A DNA stretch of 64,000 nucleotides from Microcoleus sp. (GTDB lineage: Bacteria > Cyanobacteriota > Cyanobacteriia > Cyanobacteriales > Microcoleaceae): NCBI GenBank assembly GCA_052279835.1, contig CP181291.1:2976001-3040000 (forward strand), read 5' to 3'. The notes under the pieces were generated by a model. The model was not told the origin of the DNA. It saw only the letters and a list, made by a program, of their open reading frames with translations, and searched no databases. This document shows, piece after piece, positions 1-7,952 of this stretch. Both the position numbers and the translations under genes were made by a program. Numbering within the stretch: position 1 is the stretch's first letter; the number at the start of each line of letters is the position of its first letter.

Positions 1-70
1 TGAGATCCCTCTCCAGTCGAATGCTGGTAACTTCCATTTCGGTGGTTGAAGTTCTAGGTAGGGTATGCAT
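1..70 (-). CDS. trcR: 5' end of a ribbon-helix-helix (CopG-like) transcriptional repressor, TrcR/All0854-like; runs off the window
   Basis: Manual translation of the minus strand from the ATG at 70 gives MHTLPRTSTTEMEVTSIRLERDL, matching the recalled MEVTSIRLER N-terminus of cyanobacterial TrcR. It is divergent from the HNH and Alr0857-family genes, as in the Anabaena all0854/alr0856/alr0857 locus. Confidence 0.7.
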   Translation of the reverse strand, partial: MHTLPRTSTTEMEVTSIRLERDL

Positions 71-91
71 ATTTTTTTCTCCGTGACGGGG

Positions 92-120
92 TGGACATAT
101 GTGTAATATCAGTGTAGTAT
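92..120 (+). promoter_or_regulatory. sigma70-type promoter overlapped by a TrcR-like operator
   Basis: TGGACA (92-97) - 17 bp - TAGTAT (115-120). GTAATATCAGTGTAGTAT (103-120; reverse complement ATACTACACTGATATTAC) resembles the recalled TrcR binding motif and covers the spacer and -10 element. Confidence 0.6.
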
Positions 121-126
121 GTTTAC

Positions 127-502
127 AGCTAGATTTAAACCTCTCTTAGGACTTTCCGCCTTCTGTGAAATTTCTCCCCCCCTACTCCAACTATCAACCC
201 AAGTGCGATCGCCCCGAAGATCGTCCCCAATCCTCACGGTGCCACGTCAGGACTGGATTTGTGGTGGTAACAGAAACGTCGTTGACTGGCGAGAGCCTGT
301 TTAAAGGCGGTTATATTGGATTAGGACAAGTTGCAGAAATTAATCATAAAGACCTAGGCCGAGACGGTCTGGAAGTGGCACAGCCACAGGGAAATGTGCG
401 AAGCGGGAGGTACTGCTAAACGACAGTACCAGGATAGGATGAAAATTTGCCTTTAGCAGTTTTTCTAGCCCCCGCTTTCCACTAAGAGAAGCGGGGGCTT
501 TT
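127..502 (+). ncRNA. putative large structured non-coding RNA (possibly GOLLD-like); 5' end inferred from the promoter
   Basis: Helices seen by eye: 223-231/315-327; GCCAC/GTGGT 241-245/261-265; GGC-GAGA-GCC 288-297; 333-347/439-450; CTAGGCCG/CGGTCTGG 354-372; CACA/TGTG 385-398; GGTACTG/CAGTACC 409-430. CTGCTAAA 413-420 is complementary to TTTAGCAG 452-459. Bounded by a promoter and a terminator. Confidence 0.6.
467..502 (+). terminator. intrinsic terminator
   Basis: AGCCCCCGCTTTC-CACTAA-GAGAAGCGGGGGCT followed by TTT. Confidence 0.75.
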
Positions 503-646
503 GATGAGAAATGTGACAGATTCCCTGATATCTCAAATCTTAAATTGACTGACTTGGGGAACTAGCCAGAAATGAGATTTCGCCACCATTGGCGATAAAT
601 CTCATATCCCAATCCAACATCCAAAATTGATGAGGAGAAGCAAGCC

Positions 647-1162
647 ATGACTGTAGCAACTGATGTATTAAGGCAATCTGTAGTAGTGTTTTCTAAAAAT
701 TATCTGCCGATGAGCCGTGTCAACATCAAACGGGCGATCGTACTTTTAGTCACAGGCAAAGCTGAACCTCTCGATTTTACTACTGGCAATGGCTGGTTGG
801 TGCGATCGCCCAGCACAGCGATTCATGTACCCGAACACATCCGTTTAACTTTGGCAGACAGGGAACGTCTTTGGAAAGTGCCCCCGGTGAATCGCCGGGA
901 AGTCTTGCGCCGGGATGGTCATTGTTGCCAATACTGTGGTAGTAACAAGCGTTTGACCCTTGACCATGTGATGCCTCGCTCCAAGGGTGGTTTGCATACC
1001 TGGGACAACGTGGTGGCTGCTTGCGAAGGCTGTAATTCTCGTAAAGGCGATCGAACTCCCATAGAAGCTGGAATGCCTCTGCGGGCTAAGCCAAAGGCGC
1101 CCATGCACCCTACTGTTGCTTTTGCTGAAATGTTTTGGCACGAACATCAAATAGGTGAATAG
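647..1162 (+). CDS. HNH endonuclease (McrA/HNH_5-like, Alr0856-like)
   Basis: RDGHCCQYCG...LTLDHVMPRSKGG..TWDNVVAACEGCNSRKG; SD GAGGAG at 632-637. Confidence 0.92.
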   Translation: MTVATDVLRQSVVVFSKNYLPMSRVNIKRAIVLLVTGKAEPLDFTTGNGWLVRSPSTAIHVPEHIRLTLADRERLWKVPPVNRREVLRRDGHCCQYCGSNKRLTLDHVMPRSKGGLHTWDNVVAACEGCNSRKGDRTPIEAGMPLRAKPKAPMHPTVAFAEMFWHEHQIGE

Positions 1163-1240
1163 GGCAATGGGCCAGGGGGGTCAGGGGGGTTCCCGATTCC
1201 CGATTTCAAATTTTCAATTCCAAATTTTAAGGCTGTCAAT

Positions 1241-1639
1241 ATGCTGAAGTTGACTTACACTGAAACGGGCTTTAACCTAGAGCGTTTGGCTCAATCTCCC
1301 GAACAGTTGGTGGCGCTGCGAGTTGTGCTGGCTATGCGAGTTGGTCAAAGCATTAGCGTCGAACCGAGCACTGCGGCGTTTTTGCTGCCGGCAAATTTAC
1401 CAGCGCTGTCTTTGCTAGAATCGGAAGTCCGCGCCGACGGCAGTGGTACTATCGCCCTTTGTGTTGCTGATGCTGAATATGTAGAAGTAAGTTTGCGCGG
1501 TACATGGATTGGAACAGAGTCTGAGGACGCTGATGGGGTGTTTGTGACTGTTCTGGGCGATCGTGCGGAGTTCTTGTTACTCAAACTCTGGCTGGAAACT
1601 CAACCTGTTAATTCGATTGTCGAGGAAGTCGGCGATTGA
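1241..1639 (+). CDS. Alr0857-family protein, function unknown
   Basis: MLKLTYTETGFNLERLAQSPE N-terminus and EYVEVSLRGTW motif typical of this family; downstream of the HNH gene. Confidence 0.75.
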   Translation: MLKLTYTETGFNLERLAQSPEQLVALRVVLAMRVGQSISVEPSTAAFLLPANLPALSLLESEVRADGSGTIALCVADAEYVEVSLRGTWIGTESEDADGVFVTVLGDRAEFLLLKLWLETQPVNSIVEEVGD

Positions 1640-1933
1640 AATTAAAGGCAGAATTCGCTCTGTTAAACCTACAAAACGATGATTGTTTAGGGGCTGTGCC
1701 TTTCTTTGCCGGCCCTCCTGATATAAAATCCTCTCTTCATCGTCCTGTATTAAACTCTCTCTTCTCTTCCTTCGCGCCCTACCCTACGGGAACTGCTTCG
1801 CCGAACGCGCCTTCGCGGTTAAATCATTCCGATACAACCGGAATTGATATCATCCAGGATTTTGGATGTGTTTCAGGGATTGGGGCAGCCACTATGCGCT
1901 ACCTCTACAATAGCAATGTTACAGCCCTGCCCA

Positions 1934-4039
1934 TCACGGTGTATAAATGATATTGAAGTAAATCCCCGAATCTTGAAGATTGTCTCCGCGATCGCTAATT
2001 CTCACCAAAGGCAAAGCGTATTCTAAGCGGACATTCACTCGCGGTATCGGTTCCCAAAGTACACCCAAACCCAAACCAGCTAAAAATGTCTGATTGGTTA
2101 ATTTATTAGGATTATTGGGAACATTCCACACTGTCCCAGCATCAAAAAACGGTGCTAATTGAAGTTTCGGAATACCCGAAGCATCCCTCTTTAAAGTAAT
2201 CCGATCTTCAATGGAAAATCGAACGCCATTATCGCCCGAACGGACATTTTGGCGATAGCCTCGCAAAGATTGTCCTCCACCAATTACAAATTGCTGGGAA
2301 GACAACAAACTATTAGCTGATAACTGCAAGTCTGCTTGCACAATTAATAAATGTTGGTTGTTCAATCGCTGTACCCGCTGCACTTGACCTAGCCAACTCA
2401 AAAATTGCCCGTCGGGCACAGAACCTTCGTTGCTGGTGGCATCAAGCAAGCTAGTGCCGATCGTAAATTGCGATCGCAGGGCCCAGGCACCTTGGGGATC
2501 GCGCCGAACGTAGTCTTGTCCCAGTTTAATTGCTGTCGTAGTGCTGACACCGTTGGAGTCCGGGCCCATACCAAAAGGAGTCGGTTTCCCCGCCACGAAA
2601 GTGCGGCCTGTTTGATAAGTTAAACCCCCAGATAAGGCAAATTCTTCGATGGGCGATCGCACTAAGGGCTGGCGATAGCTAACTTCAAATAAATGGGATT
2701 TTCCCGATATATCAAAAGCGTCAAAAGGTGCTTGCACGATACTATTCCGATTCGGTGCAGCCCTCAGTTGCAAAGTACCATTCATCGCATTCAGCGGGAT
2801 GCGGTAGCTAAAATCAAATACGTCTGAATCGCCGATCGATCGGTAATAAGCAGCCGCCAGTTCATCGCCATTTCCGGTGATATTCCGGTGGCGTAAACTG
2901 ACTCCCAATCTTTCAGAACCGACGCTGGGAGGCGAGTAATTGTCAATACTCACACTAGCTTGAAACGGATTAGCTTCCGAGACGCGAACGATGAGAATGC
3001 TCTCCCCCTCATTATCACCCGCTCGCAGTCTAGCTTCTACATTGTCAAATAAAGGATCGACTCGCAGCAGGCGCAGTTGGTCTTCTAAGGAAGCTGTGCT
3101 TAAAGGCATTCCGGCACCGAGTCTAATCCGGCTGCGGATGTAAGCTGGATGCAATCTTTTAGTTCCTTCGACCTCAATTTTGCTGAGTTTGCCTTCGATC
3201 ACTTGAATCTGGACTACCCCTGCGGTGATAGTTTGGGGCGGTAAGACCGCTCTGGAGGTGATGTAGCCTCGATTCAGGTAAATTTCAGTAATTTTGTCGG
3301 CGACCTGCTTGAGTTGTTCTAGGGTGGCAGAACGCCCCTCTAAGGGATTGACTAAGGCTTTAATTTCGTCGGCGTTTAAAATCGTACTCCCAACTACTTG
3401 AATTTTTTGAACTTGAATCAGATCCGAAGGTAGTGGCTGGGGAAGTGGCTGTGGTGATGGTGGCTGAATTTGTGGCGGTGCTGGGGGAGGTTCTGGGGAA
3501 GGTGGCTGTGTGGGTTGCAGAAAGCGATCGCGATTTGGATCTGCCCCTGTCGGTGGCGCTGGCAGATTTCTGGGTTCTGTCTGTGAATTCTGGGCTAAAA
3601 AATTAAAATTTCGCTGATTTTGGGGCGATAAATTATTGTCAATCTGTGGTTTTATGGCGGGCAAAATTGCGCTATTTCCAGCATTTTTATTAATTTTCCC
3701 AATAGCCTCTAGCTGTTTTTTTACTGTCAAATCCCCACGCTCACTAGCAGTTTCATTAATCAGGGAAATTGATTCTTGTCTGTTATCTACTAGCTGGTTT
3801 GTGGTGGGCAATATATCATCATCAACATTTGTTTGAATGGTAGAACCGAGATTTTGTATGATTTCTCCTAGGCGAGCTGGTGCCTGTGCCCTATGCTGTG
3901 AGTTGGAATATATGGCGGGCAACTGAGAAATATCGGCAGTTTGGGATCTAGCTGGATGGGCATAGGAGGGAATCATCGAGACTGTACTTAGCAGTGAGGT
4001 CCCAACCCGAAACATAACAATATTGACAGTGCGGCGCAT
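1934..4039 (-). CDS. ShlB/FhaC/HecB (TpsB) family outer-membrane secretion/activation protein
   Basis: POTRA motif ADKITEIYLNRGYITSRAVLPPQ, conserved IGGGQSLRGY motif, C-terminal beta-strand GIYFNIIY. Confidence 0.9.
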   Translation of the reverse strand: MRRTVNIVMFRVGTSLLSTVSMIPSYAHPARSQTADISQLPAIYSNSQHRAQAPARLGEIIQNLGSTIQTNVDDDILPTTNQLVDNRQESISLINETASERGDLTVKKQLEAIGKINKNAGNSAILPAIKPQIDNNLSPQNQRNFNFLAQNSQTEPRNLPAPPTGADPNRDRFLQPTQPPSPEPPPAPPQIQPPSPQPLPQPLPSDLIQVQKIQVVGSTILNADEIKALVNPLEGRSATLEQLKQVADKITEIYLNRGYITSRAVLPPQTITAGVVQIQVIEGKLSKIEVEGTKRLHPAYIRSRIRLGAGMPLSTASLEDQLRLLRVDPLFDNVEARLRAGDNEGESILIVRVSEANPFQASVSIDNYSPPSVGSERLGVSLRHRNITGNGDELAAAYYRSIGDSDVFDFSYRIPLNAMNGTLQLRAAPNRNSIVQAPFDAFDISGKSHLFEVSYRQPLVRSPIEEFALSGGLTYQTGRTFVAGKPTPFGMGPDSNGVSTTTAIKLGQDYVRRDPQGAWALRSQFTIGTSLLDATSNEGSVPDGQFLSWLGQVQRVQRLNNQHLLIVQADLQLSANSLLSSQQFVIGGGQSLRGYRQNVRSGDNGVRFSIEDRITLKRDASGIPKLQLAPFFDAGTVWNVPNNPNKLTNQTFLAGLGLGVLWEPIPRVNVRLEYALPLVRISDRGDNLQDSGIYFNIIYTP

Positions 4040-4086
4040 AATTAATTGTTGCTGTTAAATAACTTTGTTTGCTGCTAGATCGCACC

Positions 4087-4208
4087 GGGTGCATTTGTGT
4101 TTTGCAAATATATTGGTAGGGGCGAAGCATTCCGGCTGTAAATCTCTGGTTATCACTAATAAATTGTCTGCCGGAATGCTATGGCCCATACAAAATCGGG
4201 ATGCTCCC
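4087..4208. mobile_element. 122-bp MITE, copy 1
   Basis: Termini GGGTGCAT...ATGCTCCC; flanks ATCGCACC/ATCGCATC (8-bp TSD with 1 mismatch); homologous to 59403-59524. Confidence 0.8.
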
Positions 4209-4446
4209 ATCGCATCAGCCCATCTTTGAAGAAGACGTTAATGAAATATCTGTTCTGAGTTTTTACCCCCAAGTCTACACCTAAAATCTTGTGAGTGGCT
4301 TTAGGTGCTTGGGGAGGAGACTCTAGTGGAATATAGCGTTGCGCCAATTTTGGGCAACTGCTCGGATTTGACTTCAATCTGGCAGCTCACAGTCAGGACT
4401 TATTTGAGAGTTCTACAAGTTTCACCTTTTGAACAAAAAGTTGGGT

Positions 4447-5307
4447 TTATTTTGGCTTTTCAAAATTTAAATTAGTTGGGACTAATGGTGCTTGGGAAAT
4501 TGTGCCTAATTCTACCGAACTCAACATTTCTGACCACTGGAGTGCTAAGTGGGCATCGCTGGGAGAGGAGATCCGCAGTTGGGCTAGAGTTGCGAGGTAT
4601 TCGTACCAGATACCTTGTTGGGTAAAAATGCTGAGACGATCGTGCCCAGACGATCGCTCCAACTCGGTTTTCAAGCTTGGGGCGAGTGCAGTACGGTTGA
4701 TCCACCCGGAAACGAGAACATCCTCTTGAGAGTTTTGGGGGTTGCATTTGATCGAAAAGTACCAATGATAGTTTTTGCCCACTTCCAAGACTGGCGAAGT
4801 GCCGTCTTTGGCAAGGCTCACATTAACGATACCAGCACGGCTAGTTACCATGTGAAAACTTTTTTTGTAAATTGTTTTGTCTTTTTCGTCAGCCAACTCA
4901 AACTCGACTTTTTTGTCCACAGCTACGGGAACATAGTAGAAAAAAGTCGGTTTGGGTGAAAGGGTTCGCCCCATAGTTGATTTGGGAATCAAGGCTGTGG
5001 TGGAAGAAGGACAATTTGAGCCCCGTGTTCCTCCGCCTTCCCGCCGCCCAGGTACTCCCTGTTCGGGTGGTTGAAAATTATTCCAAGTCATTCCTATGGG
5101 CTGGCTGTTGAGTCTTGTTCCGGTTTGGGAGGAAAATTGAACTGTTTGCCACTGTAAGGGTAGATATTGGATGTCAGGGCGACTGACGCTGTTTGTGGGA
5201 CTGTTAAGAGCCTTTGCTGGTATGGAGAAATTAACGGTGGCAACTGCCTCCAAAGACAGAATTAAGGAAAGGGCCACGGTATTTAGATGACACTTTGTCC
5301 AAGCCAT
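4447..5307 (-). CDS. DUF928 domain protein
   Basis: PGRREGGGTRG, PTFFYYVP, LEVGKNYHWYFSIKC and GIWYEYLATLAQLR motifs; ATG at 5307 preferred over the upstream TTG. Confidence 0.85.
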   Translation of the reverse strand: MAWTKCHLNTVALSLILSLEAVATVNFSIPAKALNSPTNSVSRPDIQYLPLQWQTVQFSSQTGTRLNSQPIGMTWNNFQPPEQGVPGRREGGGTRGSNCPSSTTALIPKSTMGRTLSPKPTFFYYVPVAVDKKVEFELADEKDKTIYKKSFHMVTSRAGIVNVSLAKDGTSPVLEVGKNYHWYFSIKCNPQNSQEDVLVSGWINRTALAPSLKTELERSSGHDRLSIFTQQGIWYEYLATLAQLRISSPSDAHLALQWSEMLSSVELGTISQAPLVPTNLNFEKPK

Positions 5308-5746
5308 GATTGACCAGCCTTCTGATAAACCTAGAACTTTATCGTATGATTTTATTCTACCCAAAGTTTGTCTAGATATAGTAATCTGTTGTACTTAATT
5401 TATATCTTCAGGTAGATACTATTAATTTTGAGGATCTGACACATATATAATCCTGTGTGGCGATCGACCGTGGTAGCTTAGTATTTATACTGAGTTGAAT
5501 TCATCACAACAGGTTGAGTTGAGGGAGTTAAATCTGATATCAGGCATCATCTGAGCTCAACCCAAATTTAACTGACTCTGCCGTACCACTAAACAGGAGT
5601 GGAACTCTCAGAGTCCGATCGCTTTGATGGCAATTGGGCCTCCTCCAAGTCAGCAATTTTGCAGATGGACTTTCGGAGTTTGGCTACCGGTAACAATTTT
5701 AGTTTTCGGTTTTGGTTTTCTGTAAAGTATCGGCCATATATTTAGC

Positions 5747-7438
5747 ATGAATCTCGATTCACCAATTCTATGTGACCAACAGCCTTCGCGGCTGCGGATG
5801 GTCAGACCCATCGGAGTCTACGCACTGCACGGCATTACGTTTTTAGGAAATAGATTGTTCGCTGTCGATCGGACAGAAGGGCTACTATTGGAGATCGATC
5901 GAGAAACTGACAACACTACCGTTTTAAATCCTTGTCAAACAGCTAAGTTTGCCGGTGCAACTGGCCTGGCTATCTGGGAAGATACCCTTTGGTTTGCAAG
6001 CGATGAGGATATTTGTTGCTGTCGGGGCGCCATTCGGGATGGAAAAGTCGGGGAACTGAAACCGGAACATTTTGTTTCCCTTTCTTATCCGGCTGACGGG
6101 ATTGCTGTGTGGCAATCTACACTTTATGTTACCTGTCAGAGACTTGGCTATATTCTGGTTTTTGACTGCAATACAGGGCGCGAGATTACTAGATTTTACG
6201 CTCCTGGTATTGGGGTAGAAAATATTACTGTCCGGAATGAAGAACTTTGGGTTTGCGACAAGACTGAGCAAACTGTTTACTGTTTAGAACGGGCAAATGG
6301 GGATGTTAAATTTAGCGTTTTGACACCATTTGAAAATCCTTCGGGCTTGGCTTTTCATCAGGATGCTGCAACTGGGGAAGAAGTTGTTTATGTGGCCTAT
6401 GCTGGAGATGAACTTTACATCCGGGATGACCCGAATTCGGCAGACCCTTTTCAGTTAACTAAGCGCGATCGCACTTTTATTCACCCTTTGTATTTTCACT
6501 ACAATCAAGCCGAAGGCTACGCTCTTTCCAACGGTTTTTTGATGGAAATGTCCTATGTCGAGGAACTGTCTCCCCTGGAGGAGGTAGCAATTGATAAATT
6601 GGAGTGGCGGATTGCTTTACCTTCGGAAACTCATCGGCAAAAGGTGAGGCAAATTACCCCGATTGGGATGCCTTTTACTGAGGAAATTCAGGAGGGCGAA
6701 CGGGTAGCGGTGTTTAAGTTCGATCGGCTTCATGCTGGAGAACGGCGAATTTTTGGCTGGAAGGCTTTGTTGGAAGTTCGAGCAATTAAGTATCAATTGT
6801 CGCCTAGGGATGTGGAAAAGATTCCTAAACTGTCGCCGGAGTTTGAAGCTAAGTATTTGGTGGATAACGATAATTTGGCGATGGATACGGAGATTGTGCG
6901 ATCGGCTGCAACGGCTGCTATTGGTTCAGAAACAAACATTCTCAGAAAATTACTGAGCATTCGTAATTTTGTTTATGACCAACTTGCTTACGGAATTAGA
7001 CCACATATCGACACACCAGATATTGTGCTGCGCCGTGGTATTGGTTCCTGTGGCGAATACGTGGGGGTTTTGTTGGCTTTAGCCCGGTTAAATGGCATTG
7101 CTTGTCGCACAATTGGACGGTACAAGTGTCCGGCTTTTGCTGACAGAAAAGGTTTGCCACTGGAACCAGATTTTAATCACGTTTGGCTGGAGTTTTACAT
7201 TCCGGGCTTTGGCTGGGTACCGATGGAATCAAATCCTGATGACATCCAAGAAAGAGGGCCTTATCCTTTGCGCTTTTTTATGGGTTTAGCTTGGTATCAC
7301 GTAGAAATTGGCAAGGGAATTCGCTTTCAAAGTCTGACAAGTGAGGGTCTTCCTGTGAAAAAAGAGAATGTTTCTGTGGGGAGTCTGGCAATTAATCATG
7401 TGAGGTTTACAATTTTGTCAGAGTTGCCAGCAATTTGA
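5747..7438 (+). CDS. transglutaminase-like domain protein with N-terminal beta-propeller
   Basis: GSCGEY...LARLNGIACR...NHVWLEFYIPGFGWVPME transglutaminase core. Confidence 0.85.
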   Translation: MNLDSPILCDQQPSRLRMVRPIGVYALHGITFLGNRLFAVDRTEGLLLEIDRETDNTTVLNPCQTAKFAGATGLAIWEDTLWFASDEDICCCRGAIRDGKVGELKPEHFVSLSYPADGIAVWQSTLYVTCQRLGYILVFDCNTGREITRFYAPGIGVENITVRNEELWVCDKTEQTVYCLERANGDVKFSVLTPFENPSGLAFHQDAATGEEVVYVAYAGDELYIRDDPNSADPFQLTKRDRTFIHPLYFHYNQAEGYALSNGFLMEMSYVEELSPLEEVAIDKLEWRIALPSETHRQKVRQITPIGMPFTEEIQEGERVAVFKFDRLHAGERRIFGWKALLEVRAIKYQLSPRDVEKIPKLSPEFEAKYLVDNDNLAMDTEIVRSAATAAIGSETNILRKLLSIRNFVYDQLAYGIRPHIDTPDIVLRRGIGSCGEYVGVLLALARLNGIACRTIGRYKCPAFADRKGLPLEPDFNHVWLEFYIPGFGWVPMESNPDDIQERGPYPLRFFMGLAWYHVEIGKGIRFQSLTSEGLPVKKENVSVGSLAINHVRFTILSELPAI

Positions 7439-7696
7439 AGTCATTAGTTAATTGTTAACTGTTAGTTGTTATTTTTTGGTGATAATCACTAATCACAAAT
7501 AACAACTAACCCAGGTTCGATGCCCGATCCCACAGCTTCGCTCCCGGGTACGGGATTTAGGAGAAATTAACCTGAGTTGATCTAAAATCTAAAAGAGACT
7601 TCTCTTAAAAAGCTTGTCTGGAACAGACTGTTGAGGCCTGTTTCACAGTAATTGTGGGAGAGGTTTAATGTGAAGTAGAATTTTGTCGGAGGGGTT

Positions 7697-7837
7697 GTGG
7701 AATTTTCTATTGCTAATGTTCTGGTTGTAGTCGCTTTTTTACTGCTGCTGATGGTTACGGGCGGGGTTGCCTATTTGACTGCGGTTGAGTGGGGCGATCG
7801 CAGACGGTTAGATGAGGCTAAACGGAAAAAAAAATAG
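7697..7837 (+). CDS. small (46 aa) single-TM conserved cyanobacterial protein
   Basis: Below the ORF-track cutoff. GTG start after GGAGGGG; MEFSIANVLVVVAFLLLLMVTGGVAYLTAVEWGDRRRLDEAKRKKK. Confidence 0.7.
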   Translation: MEFSIANVLVVVAFLLLLMVTGGVAYLTAVEWGDRRRLDEAKRKKK

Positions 7838-7874
7838 CTACTGGCTATTGACAAATGGCAATTTTTATGATTTG

Positions 7875-7906
7875 AGACAAGGCGATCGAGTGCGATCGCC
7901 TTGTTT
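7875..7906. terminator. hairpin/terminator between convergent genes
   Basis: AGACAAGGCGATCG-AGTG-CGATCGCCTTGTTT. Confidence 0.55.
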
Positions 7907-7952
7907 GTTGGAATTGGAAACGGAGATGAGCCAAATAATTGGAATATTCGCT

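Noticed and set aside
119..419. ORFs 119-304 and 165-419
   Set aside because: No SD or recognisable motifs; they overlap the promoter and the structured-RNA region and are probably spurious.
220..460. RNase P RNA, tmRNA, 6S RNA or rRNA fragment as the identity of the structured RNA
   Set aside because: It lacks the GAGGAAAGTCC P4 motif, tRNA-like ends with a tag ORF, and any extended rRNA identity; only short motif resemblances are present.
1636..2026. ORFs 1636-1950 and 1844-2026
   Set aside because: They run across dispersed repeat sequence (~1750-1850) and the antisense end of the TpsB gene, with no protein motifs.
7697..7837. NdhP/NdhQ assignment for the small ORF
   Set aside because: The sequence does not match the recalled NdhP or NdhQ motifs.
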